From Azolla caroliniana (lineage: Eukaryota; Plantae; Polypodiophyta): DNA of 64,000 bases. The stretch spans positions 9,796,001 through 9,860,000 of the forward strand of contig JBHGNT010000001.1 of NCBI GenBank assembly GCA_043228905.1, read 5' to 3'. The first letter of the stretch is position 1, and the number at the start of each line of letters is the position of its first letter. Under the pieces are notes generated by a model. It saw only the letters and a list, made by a program, of their open reading frames with translations, was not told where the DNA came from and ran no database searches. The translations under genes were made by a program, and so were the position numbers. This document shows positions 45,186-60,645 of the stretch, piece after piece.

Positions 45186-48100
45186 ATGAAGGCAAATATG
45201 AGTGAACCAGTGGCAATGTTTCACTTTATAATAATCATGGTGATTATGATGGTTTCTCATGTTAGTGGTGATGCAATATCACACCTTGCAAAGGAGAATA
45301 ACATTTCGCCAATACCGTGGGCAAGGGGTAATAGCACTGTGAATGGAGTGTTGGATATTAGAAGAGGGTCTAGAATGAGTGTACTTAAGGATTTTTATCG
45401 GAGACTCCTCCCCCGCCAATATATACATCATCACATCCGTGACAATGTGATCGCCATCCCCGAAAGCATATCGTCTGAACAAATATGGCCAGTAAGTTCA
45501 ACATCTAATCCAAAACTCCTTGTTGATTTAACCTATCTTTGTATACATTTAAGTATATTGTAACTCCTACTTATCATACTATTAATTTGTGAGATCGTGT
45601 AAATGTATCATCACATGACAATGTTAAAATTGAGGATGATATATTCGGATTTGTTTTCATTCCATTCATGCATTCATTTGTAGGCGTTGGAGCTGAACTG
45701 GCGTGTTGCTATGGGAACGGTAGTTGCCTTTGTTGGTGGGTCCTTGGGGTGTGCAGGCGGTATTGGAGGTGGTGGGATTTTCGTTCCCATGTTAGTTCTC
45801 ATCATAGGATTCGATCAAAAGTCGGCAACAGCCCTTTCAAAGTGTTAGTAGTTTCATATATCCATCATAATATCATACAACTCATATATTATGTACAATG
45901 TACTCAAATTTTAAGATCTATATTAGCCTTGTTGGTAATTTGTTTCGTGACATTGAGCACGGGACCATGTCTTAGGATGCACTTTGTCTCACTACACAGA
46001 GTAGGCTAATTCATGTTTCAACCATAAGCGCATCATGATTCGCGTCATTGTACTTGGTATAATTTTGGTTGTGTATATAATCATAATGTTTGGGCTTAAT
46101 AGAGCATGGTATGATCAATGGATCAAAGGTTATCATAAATAAGTTTGTGATGATGCTCTTTGTGTCATTGCATGCATAGGCATGATTATGGGAGCCTCGC
46201 TCGCATCGGTATGGTACAACTTCCGGCTCAAGTCCCCGATCCTCGACTATGATCTTGCCTTGGTTTTCCAACCCATGCTGATGCTCGGTATTAGCATCGG
46301 CGTTATTTTCAATGTGATTTTCCCCAATTGGATCGTCACAATCTTGCTCCTCGTGCTTTTCGTAGGTACTTGTTTCTACAAGACTGTCTCATTGTTTTAA
46401 ATGTACTCTCATATGGGTCGAAGAATTTCTATCGACTACAGGGCTAGTGTTGGCCTCGGTAAATTCGTTATGTCGAGAAAAAACCATTTAACATTGTTAC
46501 TAGTAGTCTAAGATCAAGAGAAAAGGCGAATTTTAACTGTGCTTTGCATTTATGGTGATGATCTGCACAAAGGAACCTCAATAAAGAGTTTTGTGAAGGC
46601 TATATCTCTCTACAATAGGGAGACAATTGAGAACCAAATGGTAATCAGAAGTTTGTCTCCATATAGTAGTTACAATAAAGTATCTCCAATTTTACTCTAC
46701 AGTATACTTTAATATATACGAAAGTGATGATGTTAAATACATTAATCTTGCAGTTTAAGCATTGTAATGAAGGAAGTCCATGGCCATCTGGCTCTGTCGA
46801 AGCAGGTAAATTGCAACTATCTAAATATATACCTGCATTGTTTCATTGGTAAATATATTAAATTTGTTATAAGTACATGTAACTAACAAATCAACTGTAT
46901 TATATATACTGAACCTCTTTGAACATGGCTGATAATAACAACAGGTGGAGGAGAGTATGCGGAATTAGAACCTCATCATTTTGATGAATCGGTAATTGTT
47001 ACCCTGTCGGATTCCTTAAAATTACAGTTTAAGATTATGCAAGTACACCACGATGGCACAACAGTATATAGGCCCTAAGAATCTTGTTGAGTAAATTTAG
47101 CAGTGATGAGAATCAGATTACAACTTGTATCGACGGTATTTGGCATACTAATGGAGGCATTGACTTATTAGTGGTGACCAAACCAATATTGCGTTAATAA
47201 GATCTATGTTTGCTATGATTGATCTTGTATATAATAAGCTTATAAGTTATATAAGATGGCATTTTACTGATGGCTCAACTATTGTCATGACATGTTTCTA
47301 CAGAATTCGATGAGAAGGAACTGGAAAAGTTTGTTAGTGTTAGGTTATGTGTGGGTTTCGTTTCTCGTATTACAAATAGTGAAGGTGTGTTTATGCAACT
47401 GATCGCAGTAGCAACATTTCCTTGTCATGAAAAGCTTATATACCAAACAGTTGGCAATTTGAATAAAAAACATAACTGATTAATGTCTAATGATGTTTCA
47501 ACAGAATTATACGCGGACATGTAGCACCATCTACTGGATCCTCAACATACTACAAGTTGGTCATATAATCTACTATATTTGATCTTTCATAACCACTAAG
47601 TCATCATCATCATCATCATCATCAATAATTTTCAGATATATAACTAACTAGTTGTGGATGCCCACAACTCACTTTAACCAGGTCCCAATTGCGGCTTCAG
47701 TTTTCTTGGGTAAAGCATTCCACTTGCATATCAAGAACACTGCGAGAGTGGCAGAAGCTTCGAAATTAGATGAAACGCTTGAACCGACAAACGGCAATAT
47801 AAAATGGAGCATGACCATGTTGTGTATGTGTGCTCTGATCGGGCTTCTAGCCGGAACGGTGGGGGGTATGCTTGGTCTCGGAGGTGGATTCATTCTTGCG
47901 CCCGTATATCTTGAGATGGGAGTCCCACCTGAGGTACAACAAACTCTCAAACACACATTGAGCACACATGCATACAAGATATTGTTTATAGATATCTCAA
48001 GTAGTTGTATGTAGTTCACTAGGCAGAACATCAAATTAACAACAAACTTGCACCCATATATACACAAAGTTATCTTGTGGGCATTTTGTGAGCATATAAT

Positions 48101-49131
48101 TCCATCTATAAAAACATATGATTTGAATACACATCAAATTAAAAACAAACTTGCACCCATACATACATAAAGTTATCTTGTGGGCATTTTGTGTGCATAT
48201 AATTCCATCTATAAAAACATATGATTTGAATACTGTACCCTAACTTGTTGCTTGCATACCGCAATACCCCGGCACTTTCGAGAACTTGCCACATAACCAA
48301 TGCATACCTACAGTAGATTTGTTCCAACTTATTTTGGTGGCCATGTATGTATAACTCTACTTATAAAGTCATCTATGTATGTTTGGAAACTTGATTATAG
48401 ATTGGAAGTGCGACTGCAAGCTTTGTCATGCTCTTCTCTTCATCAATGTCCGTTATTCAATACCAGTTACTCCATAGGTTCCCTTTTCCATTTGGTATGC
48501 TCCTAATCAATGAGTCATTAATATTAGGAGGTTGTTTTATAAGCAAAGTCTACCAAAACGCCCCTCATCTTTCGAGAAATTCCAAAATATATCCCCATTC
48601 CTGGTTATTCTCAAACAATCCCCAAGTAATGAGCTTCTCTCTTTCATAGGAGAGGTATTTTTGGAAGCTCAAAACTATAAACCCCCAAAAGTTTTGTAAT
48701 TTTTGATTAACTAGGCTGTCTAATCTCAATGACCGATCATATATGATATGTACACACACTCTAATCCACACTACTTGGCTTTGATTTTGACAAACTAGCA
48801 AAAATATGTGTTTGCAGCACTCTATCTCTTTGCAGTAAACATGATCGCTGGGTTTTGGGCCCAGATAGTACTTAGACGGATTATCATTTTTTTCCGACGC
48901 GCTTCAATGATCATCTTTGTTGTTTCATTCGTCATCTTCGTCAGTGCGATTTGCCTAGGTGAAAAGTGAATTGCAAGGCTTGTCTACTTGTTTTTTAAAT
49001 GCACTCTATTTCCTAATGTTTCTTTTGGATGCAATTGCATGAATACAGGTGGGTATGGAATTCTCGACAGTTTGGACAAACTACAAGCTGGTGACTACAT
49101 GGGGTTCGTGAACTTATGCACATCTTCTTGA
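45186..49131 (+). CDS. Sulfite exporter TauE/SafE family membrane protein, 12 exons (approx. 45186-45491, 45684-45843, 46180-46365, 46573-46640, 46754-46805, 46945-46991, 47304-47384, 47505-47555, 47682-47933, 48401-48494, 48818-48958, 49049-49131)
   Basis: Signal-peptide-like N-terminus, [89 protein letters not shown] boundaries. Confidence 0.92.
48028..48232. repeat. Intronic tandem duplication, about 103 bp
   Basis: ACATCAAATTAA...ATTTGAATAC twice. Confidence 0.85.
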
Positions 49132-51969
49132 ATGCACATATCACATATATATCAATTGGTTGAATGATTTCCATCATTGAGCATATATAACTTAATAATG
49201 TTTTTTTTATGTCAACTATAACTTCAATGTTATATTATTAAGTATCTCCTGTTGAGATATTTGACATGTAATAAATTTGAGATGCATTTTTGGGCAATGG
49301 GTTCATCCATTCTTGATATTTGAGCAATCACAATACTTGATGCTGCTTTTATGCAGTTATGGCTATGTAATGTCACTATTCAAAGCATTATGTATTCTGC
49401 GTTCCTAATTGTTTTCTATACATGTTCACTATTGCAACCAACTTATAGTTTAAAAAACACTTAAGGATAAACATAATTACAGAATCGAAGACTACATTAT
49501 CGATATACCTAAAGGTACTGAATGGTACCAGTGTCCTCCCAACAAGCAAGCTATAACAATCACTCTACACCCCATTCTATTATCGAGTGATTACCACTCT
49601 CTTGTGATGTTGAATTTTTCTATTGATCGGATAGTTGACGTGTGCCACCCTCAGTTTTAGTTTTGCATATTAATTTAACCTATCGGTGCCTATTTTGCTC
49701 TTTGTATCATGTACATACAAGTTTACAACCTAGGAAATCAAATAAGTTATTGCACTTGAACATTAGCTTAATTTATACCACCCAAGATGTTCCTAATCTT
49801 ATCCTCTGTTGTTGTCGAAGAGGGTGACCCATTACTTTGAGTAACATTCAACCTCCCAACACCTCAACTTTCACATCTTCCCTACAACCTCTCGTGTGTG
49901 ACCTACACATACCACAAAAAACTATATACAAATGTAAGTGGGATTTTATCACACATTATACGTGGATAATCAAATCATCAGAAGTTTGAAAGCAATGGAA
50001 TTATATTGCATTATACAAAGCCTCAATTACCAATCCATCAACAATCAAACACTTACAATTGCACCACTCAAGAAAATTATAATATTTGTTACATGACTAT
50101 TAGCTTCTCAAGATCTATCATTGGGCCACTTGTCATGCTAAAACTAGCCATACGGCTCGCTTAAATGTCAATTTTTCTTATTATTTATAGAATGGCCTTA
50201 TGGTTGTTTCATACCCCTCATATGACCAACATTAGCATCATGAAAAGGAAACACTTCTCCATTTGTTCTACACTATCAAAGGGAAACACTTCTCCATGTG
50301 TTCTACTCTATCAAAAGGAAACAGTCCTCCATGCATCATGAAATCAGCTCCACAAAATTATCAAGATCTACTAATAAACTCCTACAAATTGTGTCCTAGT
50401 ACCTACTCTTGGCCAACAATCTAGCATGCATGATGAAAATCCTCAAACTACCAACGTGTCAAAGCTACATCCCTTTTGTTGCAAAGAATGAGGTGCATGT
50501 TCCCAAGTCCACTCAACCATATGGTAAGTTGCCAAAAGGCAAACAAAATTGTTGTTTCTACTTGAGTTAGCAACTAACACACCAACCAACCCAAATGTTA
50601 GTACTATGGCAAATTTTACTCATGCATATTTTCATAAATCTAAAGAGATATACACACTTTGATGCAATGAATGACCTTAACCTTGAATTGGAATCCCCTA
50701 GCATAATTCAATTGAATGTATTAGGTTAGTGCAACACAATTAACATAAAATAGCAAATTACGAAGTACTACCCCTATAATCGTAACTTGATCAATGACAC
50801 CAATTCCTCCAACTCATACGTCTACCACTCATTGAGCATATATTGTTCCACTTTGTAGGCATGCAAAGTCATGAAGCCAACAACGCATTTAGTTACATGT
50901 TCAAAACTAGGCATATGCTTCCGGCATTGAACTTGAACAATGAATGTCAATTCAATCAAATCTAAATCAATAATAGGTTAACCAAAGGCAAAAGCATAAA
51001 TGTTTGTTCACTATTTATGTGTGTATATATAAAGTATCATTTAAAGAATAAATCTTCAAACGCATTCAAAAAAAATCCTGAAACAATTGCAGCCCCAGGA
51101 TGAAATGCTCCATCTGTTCAACTCTATTGAAATAAGTTTCCAATATTTGTAATTATATTCTCATTAAGTTTTTTCTCAATTCATATTTTATGCACAAGAC
51201 TTTTGCCTAACAGTAAACAACTATGTTACTAGCAATTTAAAACTAATGAAGGCACATTGACCACAAGCAATCGAAATCTCTCAAAGTGTATCATTATTTA
51301 TTACATTGTATCATTAGTAGTAAGTGAAGATCTCATATTAACTTTCAATTGCTAGCATTCCAAATAATTTCTTCTGTTTCAAGGCATTTCATCCTTGTGA
51401 TCTTGACAGATAGGCTTGAACAGTCTTCCACAGCAACAGGAAAAATATCAAACTCTAGAAAGAGAGCTCAAGGCCCAGACATTTATCACAATGTAAATGA
51501 TGCTGAAAGGCATTTCCACATGAGAATTTAATCATCTGGGAGTAAGTCTATGGGCCGAAAAATATTAAATTTTACTGTAATCCCCAACATGCTCATGAAC
51601 TTATTTGGATATCATGTAAAGTTGTCGTCCAATTATATCAACTGTCTGGTACCAAATAGAGGTTACTTTCAGATGCAGCTTGTAATTCCAAGCCATCTAA
51701 ATACATGTGATGAGATATTCCAGAACATTAAAAACATCAAAAATAGGCTTTCGAAAGAATCAAGAATAGAAGATGATTCAATCCCCATAGCAAATTTTTC
51801 TTTGACCTATATGTTACGATGCTTGTTAAATATTAGTTTCTTGCTCATATATAGAATCGGCTGGTATTTACCAACATTTTATCTCCATCTACCACCCACT
51901 TTGAGCTGGGATTCTAAAAGTGATGTTGTCTACAAGGCTTTCACGTACACAAATATTGGAGATTCAATG

Positions 51970-54900
51970 TTATTCAGTAGCACTGCCATCATGTAAACTG
52001 GGAAACTCCAAACCTGAACCTATATGACCAATAAAGGTTGGGCAAAGCCAACTAACTGGATTGGGACCCAGAATCTGCAAAATTGAAGTGTAAATTTTAG
52101 GGCAAATCAGATACAATTGATTAAATCATGCTTTTTCTTTTCTTCCAGCAGACTTCAGATTATGCTCGCTTCTAGAATCTTTTCCTTATGAATTGCAGAG
52201 ATGCCTCGCTTAGATTAAGATTTGTTGATAAAGACCAAGTAATTTGCTTAAAATTTGGGGAAATTTCATTTATGAGGTATATGACTTTATATCACAAAAG
52301 GGTGTTAAAAGCACATACAGTAGTAGTGCATATGTAGGACGAACAATGAAAAAAGATTGATCCTTGTGTAGTGTGGGCCACAGATTCAAGAGATATAATT
52401 CCTCAAGTAGAATTCTCAAACTCACACAGAAAATTAGAGGTCTTGAAGCATAAATACTAAGCATATGTTAATGTTTAAAGTTTAGACGTTATAGCTAGGC
52501 CTCGAACACCACCCACACCCATGTAAAGAAACATAACACGCTACAATTCTCTTCAACCTGCAAAAACATTCCACTTTTTCATCGTTCAACATTTCAGTTA
52601 CCCCATTGCTATCATCTCTCCTACCCACTCCTAGCTCCTCTCCAGGCTACGCCTATGTAGTACAGAAACCATAACATGGTCATAAAAAGGAAGTATTTAT
52701 AGCTCTCATTCTCTCAGTAACATTGGTCAGAGACCTTCTGCAGATTGCCCAACCTATTTCCTGGCATTGCACTTGCTACCCAGAGGAGGCTCACACATGG
52801 TACTGGTTGCATCTAAGCCTTTTGCGTTGTGGTGCATATTGAACAGATGTTGGACAAGTAACCATCACCGTGGTTCAATGAGAGAATGGTTGCAGGCCCC
52901 ATTTGATTAGTAGGATGCTCGGTGTGCATCCTCTTTCCAGGTGAACCCCCAATTCCCAGTCACTCTTTCTCCCGAGATTTTTTTCTCAGTTTACCCAGAG
53001 CTTCCAACCTGTATTGGTCAGCATTCCTTCTCATTGGGGGATCCCTCACCAACTCCTTCATGGTAAATAGTTTTGAGCACCTACTTCAAACCTGAATTCG
53101 GTCCATCCATTCTAAAGTGCCCCTATGAGAACGCCCTTCAAGAAGACATATTCATTTTATTCTAGCTAAAACAAGATAAATATAATTGAATCATGTTTAA
53201 GAGGAATCTTGATCAACTAAGAATCAAGTTTTTCGTGGCCAATTCAAAATGAAAGTAGAAAGTCAAAGAGCCTGCAACAAAAATGATTAATAATCCAAGG
53301 GGACGACACTTTATTACCATTACAAGATTTGAAAAATATCCAATATTATAAGGATGTCGATAGATCTGCCCTGCTTTTTCTGCAAGCCAACGAGCTCTTA
53401 CACCCTCATGATACTGTATTGCACAAAAACAATTAAAACAAATTTAAACTTTGATCAATCACTGCTTACATTGTGAAACTGACAAACCATTATGTCCTGC
53501 AACTCGTAAGCACAAATATTCATATACAAGTTGCAACATAACTTAAGAGTGAATTTCATTGTTAGATTCTAATAAGTTCTATCCAGGGACGTTCTGTATA
53601 CATGAAATATCCCTGAAATCACAAACCAAATTCCTGAAATATTCAGGGAATACAGATGTGTGAGAGTAGAACTCCAGGGACGTTCTGCATACATGAAATA
53701 TCCCTGAAATCATAAACCAAATTCCTAAAATATTCAGGGTATACAGATGTGTGAGTACACTAGAACCACAACAAAGGCAAACTGGAAGACAAAAAACCAC
53801 ACATGAAACATCTTAAGACATAAAAATCATCCAATTGGCAGAAAAAATATAAAGACAGAGAAGAGATGCAGCTTTCTACCTCAATTGTTGTCTTGTTATT
53901 CAAGAGTAAGTATACATGCCATCCTAGAAGAACAATAAGAACCATTGTAAGAGGAGCAAGAATAGCTGCACAGACTACCTGTTAAAACAAAAATAAATCA
54001 ATCAATTCACCTGGAAGATATTCTACAAGTCCAAACATCAATCAGATCATCTGCATTACTTTAAGAAGAGCTGATGTTGAAACAAAAGAGCTAACAGGCT
54101 GCTGAGTTGAATTTCTTCTATTTTCATCATTATCCCCTAGAAAGTCGAACGTATAATTTGCAATAAGTATCTGTGGTCACAAGAAAAACCTTGTGACTTG
54201 TATAGTTTAACCAGAAAACAAGAAAATAGTTCTCTTAAAGTCTAAACCATAGTTCTGGTTGTGTATGGATTAATAGGTTTAAACAAACATACGGAATAAA
54301 TGAACACAACTTACCAGGGCATAACTACATGCCAAAACAACATAAAAGACAAAAAGAAAGAAGGCCTTGTAGTTATTGTGACCAACACAATTATTAATCC
54401 ATGTGCAATGATGATCCTGAAAACATAGTCAGAAAATGACTCATAAGAATTAAAATCTCTGTTAAATCTGTATACGTAGACATTGTATGCAATTCAGAAA
54501 ATGGGTCTTCGCCATATGTCAAGAAGCAGTATCTATACGGTAGCTGCTGGACATTACATCAAACGAGATTCAATGCAAAAAAGTAAATTATGTTTTCCAG
54601 TATACAATTCCATATGGTTGAATTAAGTAATGCTTATAATAATACCATCCTCAGCACACATCGCTTGCATACACGACAATGATGAGCCCGAGCAGGCTTG
54701 TAAAGGTCACATTTTTGGCAATACCGTTGATCACCGCTCTGAAATAAGTTAGGATAAACAATTATTTGCTGAAACAGAATATCCCGAAATTTCTTTACAG
54801 AAAATTACATTTCCTCAAAATCACAGATCACATTCAATTGCTTTGAAACATCCTAGGGAAGAAGTGAAATTTCAGAAACTGATTAAAATGAAGGCACAAA

Positions 54901-57462
54901 TGTTATTGAAAAGCAACAAACTGACTTCATTCCACACTTCTTTAGTAGAATCTTTATTTAATTCATGCAAAATCTCATTAGGAAATGATAACTCCAAGAA
55001 TACCCTAGAAAGATTAGTAAGGCTCTAGCTTGTATTTTCTATATGGCATAGCTATCAAGTCACAGCTATCAAACTCTTTACCATAGTAAATTATGGAAAG
55101 GTGCATCTATCTCATATAAATAATAAATACACATAAGATCAGAAGTAAAAAAATCTCTCAAACTATGCTTTGAGGCTCAATGCAACAGAGCAGATCATCT
55201 CTCTAATCTCTCTTCTGTGTTTTAGCTATAGTCAGCCAGTGGGTTCCATGCAGCCAGGAAGCTATAGGAGGGGATGGTCCAAGCATACTGAGTGGGAGGC
55301 AAGCCAGATGATAAGCTGGCTTTGGGCATGAACTCTCCACTTCCCATTTGTATATTTACATTACCAACTTCAGCAAGCGCAGTCGATAAACAGATTTTAT
55401 TGTTGATTTATGGAATTCGGCAAAGCATTTGACAGTCTCCCATACCAGTCATATTTAGTATCTCTTTGATCCCTTTGGAGATGATATGGGTCATTACTTC
55501 TACATGATCATGTGATTGCTAAGATCAGATGCCCCAGAGGAGTTTCAGATGTGCTGAGGAGCACAACGGGAATGAAGAGGGAGCTGCCCACCATTCCCCA
55601 CTTTATTTGGATATATATTGATTAGATTGAGAGTCTCATGATAAAGGCAGTGGTTGGTACACATTGGTCAGGACATTGATCTCATGCTACTATATCCTGA
55701 TGACATAGTGCTAACCTCTATACTCTGATTCACATATGGAACTCCAGCATTATGTCATCGCCTTGAGGAGTTTTACAATAATAAAGTGCTCTCAGTTAAA
55801 CTTTGGTGAGACCAAATTCAAGAACCTTTATACACTGGACTCAGCCAGAAAGGGAACACATACCACATATGCAGGTAACAATGTGGAGGTAGTCACATCA
55901 TATCTATAACTAGGAGTGATCTTTGCAACCCCTGGTGGGTGTTTCTCAATGAGAGACAACTCCCATCTCCCAGCAAACTTATAGGTTTGGCCTCATAGAG
56001 AAGGATGAGATTAATACACTTTCTTAGTTATAACTAAGCTCGATATTTATAATAAATGACAAATGCACCTCTATTTTTGTCTCCATTTTATCCAAACACG
56101 GTAAAAATACTACTGTAAAATGTATAGCTGAAGATATAGAAGAGCTGAGATGTAGAATTTGCACATTCGAGAAGATTGCTATTTCTCAATACATCAGCTA
56201 GTAATATTTAATAGATCTAGAGAGCCAGGTACCCAAACATACTCCTAATGAGAGGGAAATGATACTTTAACTTATGGTGGGTTCGCAAGCCATGGAAATT
56301 AAATAGTTAAAAGAGGAGTTACTCACAAAGAAGAAAATAACATTGCAAACCCAAGATAATCAGATGCTCGAAACTAAAGACCAAAATGGAAAATTTTAAG
56401 CCAAGAAAGAATCACTAATCTAGCCTTGCGGCAAAAGAAGCAATCGTGACAAAATGGAGAGACATTCTTGTTAAGAAGACACCAAAAGAAAACATCAGAA
56501 TTTCTTTGAACATCACTTTGCTATACGTGATGTTATGGTATATGGAGCATATCGAGTCGGTTAGAAGAGGTCAGAAGAAGAATCATGGCGAGCCATTTGT
56601 TTGACAATCTTAAATGATACGAAAAGAGTTATCGTTCTGGATAGTAGCACAGTGTACCTAACATATACACTACAGGACTCCAAGGGCTACAGATAAGAAT
56701 AGAAAAAAGCAAGTTTTGTCCTCTATCTTAGGCCGAATGGTTCTGCTAAGGTGAGACAACAAATATATCATTTTTTATATCTTTACATTGCAATGTTCAT
56801 CCAACCTTACGTATTATTCCTAGAAATCATCATATTGGAGCTTGAAATTATCACCATTTAAAGTTTCATATGCAACGTTAGGGTTATGACCCTTTTGAAC
56901 ACCCATATGAATGTCTTTTTCATTATTGAAAAAACTGAGAATGGAACTCGATTTGGTGTTTGAGACCTGGAAATGTCTATAACAAGATCATAGCAATATC
57001 AATCAATAAATAAAAGCTTGGTGATAAATCAATTGTATGAACAATTGACAACCAAAACTGCACATAGGGAAATTTAAGAATGTATTTGTGTGTGAATATG
57101 CATGCATGCATGTATTCATGTAGCTATGATCATACCTTGCGCATAACTTGGTGAAGATTTGGGGTATTTTGATGCTGATTTACTTCGATGTCGGGCACAT
57201 ATGAACGGGGAACAGTGCCGGGATCTTGAAAAATGGAGAGGGCATAAGAGAGCATGGCCATGAAGGTAAGACAAGTAAATAGAAGACCATGGAATAAGGT
57301 GCTCCCCCTCCTCCTCCTGCTCCACGAATCATCCCGGATGACAAGGAACACCACCGTGTAGTACACAAAGCATGTCAACGCTGTGACGCCCAACACAGGT
57401 AATGAGGCACAGCACTTGCGCGGGATCAATAGCAAGCCTCCTTTCCTTGTACTTGTCCCCAT
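51970..57462 (-). CDS. DHHC-type protein S-acyltransferase (PAT15/16-like), about 7 exons
   Basis: Exon 1 with DPGTVP (57462-57136), [27 protein letters not shown] (54738-54646), [17 protein letters not shown] (54416-54315), [26 protein letters not shown]...stop at 51970. Confidence 0.93.
53583..53755. repeat. Intronic tandem duplication, about 91 bp
   Basis: CCAGGGACGTTCTG...ACAGATGTGTGAG twice. Confidence 0.85.
55370..55950 (+). mobile_element. Decayed LINE reverse transcriptase fragment in the first intron of the PAT gene
   Basis: Degenerate [30 protein letters not shown] and Y..LGVIF motifs in the correct order, with frameshifts. Confidence 0.65.
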
Positions 57463-57689
57463 AGCAGCGGATTTGCCGCTGTCTTCCTCTTTAATTCTTT
57501 AAATTAATCTCTGAGAGAAAAAGAAAATGAGAATTGTGAAGGCCAAAAACCGATGGAGGAGAGATGATCTCTGTTCAGGAGAAAATATAGAGCGCTAATT
57601 ATTCGTGTGGCGTAAGAAACCGATCTGATCATCATCATCTTCATTCAGGAGAGGGCCAAGCAGCAGGAGGAGATGGAGCAGCAGCATCC

Positions 57690-57906
57690 ATTTGACTGAC
57701 ACACAACAGAGTGTGGGATTATTAGTAAATGGAAAACTCTTTAAGCTCTGATAATCCTATACTCTTAGGGCTCTGATTAGTAAATGGAAAACTCTTTAAG
57801 CTCTCATAATCCTATACTCTTAGGGCTCAATCCATTTGATTGACACACAACAGAGTGGGATTAGTAAATGGAAAACTCTTTAAGCTCTGATAATCCTATA
57901 CTCTTA
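57690..57906. repeat. Three ~46-bp tandem-like repeats upstream of the PAT gene
   Basis: TTAGTAAATGGAAAACTCTTTAAGCTCTGATAATCCTATACTCTTA near 57722, 57777 and 57861. Confidence 0.85.
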
Positions 57907-59283
57907 TGTGTTAATTAAACACTTAAAAGTCTCATTGGAATGGCATGTGACGACAAGGGCCTGGGCCTGGGCATGTGGGCAAGGCTAGAACGTAGTTGAG
58001 TGCGCAGGAATTGGGACTCTTAAAAGGCTTAGTTGTGATCGTGGATTCATGAGGGATTTACGGGTGTCGCAAGTGAGCCATTCGAGCCTCGTTGAGTTTG
58101 AGCGAAAAAAGTTGGTGGTACTTGTTGGAGGTGAGGATTTTATAAAAGGTTGACTAACTGATTGAAACAACGATAGTGTTGTTCACTTCGGTCCCGTGTT
58201 GTGGAAAGACAAACCATGCCCAAATCATGTGTAGGTGCGCCTGGTGGGCATGGGGGGGGGGGAAACAATTCGGTCTTTGTCTTTGTCCTCCCTAAAACAC
58301 ATAATGGCTTGAGACGGAGCAGTTCAAGCAAGGTGGCATTTTAGTTATGAATGTGATATGGGATTTCCTTACGTAGTCACATTTGTGTTGGGGCATGACA
58401 TTGCAGTGGAAGAGAGAGGCCATTTAGTAAAAAAACAAAACAAACAAACGTCTTCTTGAATTGTTGGATAAAGTATTCATTCAAAGGATAAATTGTGATC
58501 GTTGGCAAGGTTGTAGAAGAAGATGGGTGTGGCAGCATCGCATTGGGAAATTTTTTTCGAACAAAGAGTGTTAGTGGTGGTTGAATGTCAAGAATAAAAC
58601 ATCATGCAAGATTTGTGATAAAAGGGGTGGCAAGCATTATGATCGAGGGGTGTGGAGGAGTTAGTGTTATTTAGTTGTAATAGTGTTATTGGTGGTAATG
58701 AGGTTAGCGTGAGTGTCAGGAGGTGAAGTGGACATTGTTGGGGGGGGTTCGGCATCATTGTTATCGTTGACATCACCTACATTTTGCCGTCATCTTCAAT
58801 GTTTGGAGGCTCCTTGTGCTCTTTGCATTGTCTTGAATATATCTCATGTTGTTCCGTTATTGGACAAGCTTCCTCGAATTTTTGCGCTTACGTGCCCTCC
58901 TTGCCTCACATACTCCAATCACATGATTCTCTTTGATTTGTTAGAAGTTAGAGCTTTCCTAAATCTATGCGGCATAACATCAAAGCTTAAGGAACGTTGT
59001 GATAGTGATGGTAACATCCACAACACATCTAGAGAAGAGTCATTCAACTAGTCCTACATTTAAATTTGCATTCACAAAGTGGGTTTGTGTTGAAAGACCC
59101 TGAGATGGTCAATGCGAACATACGAATGACAAGTCGTGTGAACCCAAAGTTTTATCGTGAAATGGTGGGGTTGGAGTTCATAACATACACACACTCTTAT
59201 TCGTGGAAGGGGACAATCAGAGCCTAACCTCAACCAAAAGGAGGCCGAGGTGATTCGAGGTCATCGAAAGTTTAACTTGCAAG

Positions 59284-59681
59284 TAACAATCGGGAATGGT
59301 TCGGTTCGGTTTGAGAGTGTCAAAACCGAACCGTTTAAAATTTGAAACCTGAACTGAACCACGAAACCGTTCAAACCACGGTTTCACGGTTTGGTTTCGG
59401 TTTTCAACTTAAGTCAAAATTCAAAATTTAAAATTTAAAATATTAATTTTCAAAATTTTAAAGATTTTCCTAAAATGTGAGAATAAGGCCTGAAAATGAA
59501 AAGATGGTTTAAAAACTTTTTTTTTAAAAAAAAAGTAAAAAAATAAATCCCTTAAACCGTTTAAACCGCGGTTTCTAACTCTTGAAACTGAACCGAACTG
59601 TTTTTAAAAAAAACTTGAACCTGAACCGAACCTTTTAAACCGTTAAACCGCGGTTCGGAACCGAACCATTGTTGACTGTTA
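59284..59681. mobile_element. hAT-like MITE (398 bp)
   Basis: Imperfect TIR TAACAATCGGGAATGGTTCGGTTC / TAACAGTCAACAATGGTTCGGTTC. 8-bp TSD CTTGCAAG at 59276-59283 and 59682-59689. Many AACCG subterminal motifs. Confidence 0.8.
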
Positions 59682-59803
59682 CTTGCAAGTCATGTGAATG
59701 CGACTCCCACTGGGAGCACGCACGAATGTATTATCTCCATCCCATCGTTGTCATGGGAAGAGTAAACGGGAACACATGAATGTTATCTAAAGGTATCTGT
59801 ATA

Positions 59804-60150
59804 TATGTTATGTTATGTTATGTTATGTCATGTTATGTTATGTTATGTTATGTATGTATGTACATGTAAGTCTACGTATGTACATGTAAGCAGATGTATG
59901 TACATGTAAGTATATGTATGTATGTACATGTATATATGATGTCTGTAATGTTATGTTATGTATATAAAATACATATATGATATATATATATATGTATGTA
60001 CATGTTATGTTATGTATGTACATAATGTACATATATGCAAAGAAGGACATGTGATCACAAGCATCATCATTCACTCTGACACACATACACATACATACAT
60101 ACATACATACATACATACATACATACATACATACATACATACACATACAC
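59804..60150. repeat. Compound microsatellite (TGTTA)n / TATG-like / (CATA)n
   Basis: Directly visible. Confidence 0.9.
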
Positions 60151-60645
60151 ACAAAACAACAACAGAAGATGTCGTGGCCATTATCCACTTCCTTTTACCA
60201 CCAAGATTCCAGAAGGAAGGAGACAGAGGAGAGGCTTTTATTTTATTTTGCATTATCCATCATCCATCCATGGCCATAGCCACCATAGCCACTATACCCT
60301 AGGTTTTTGGACATGGAAAGCAGCCTCCTCCTCCTCCTCCTCCTTGTTTTGGCGCTTCAGCCTCCTGTTTCTTCTTCTTCTTCTTCTTCTTCTTCTTCTT
60401 CATCATCTTCCATGGTGCATGCTTGTTGTTGTTGTTGTTCATGATTCTTCTTCTTCTTCTTCTTCTTCTTCTTCTTCCATGGTGCATGCTTCTTGTTGAC
60501 GATTCTTGCATCCCTCCCCTTCTCCCAGCAACTGATTTCTGCTCCCTTCATGGCTTAGACAGGTCCTTCTCCCACCCCTGGCGCAAACCTCGCTCCGCCT
60601 TGTCCTTGTCCTCGTCCCGCAGTTCTCTCGATTCCCGCCTCTTGA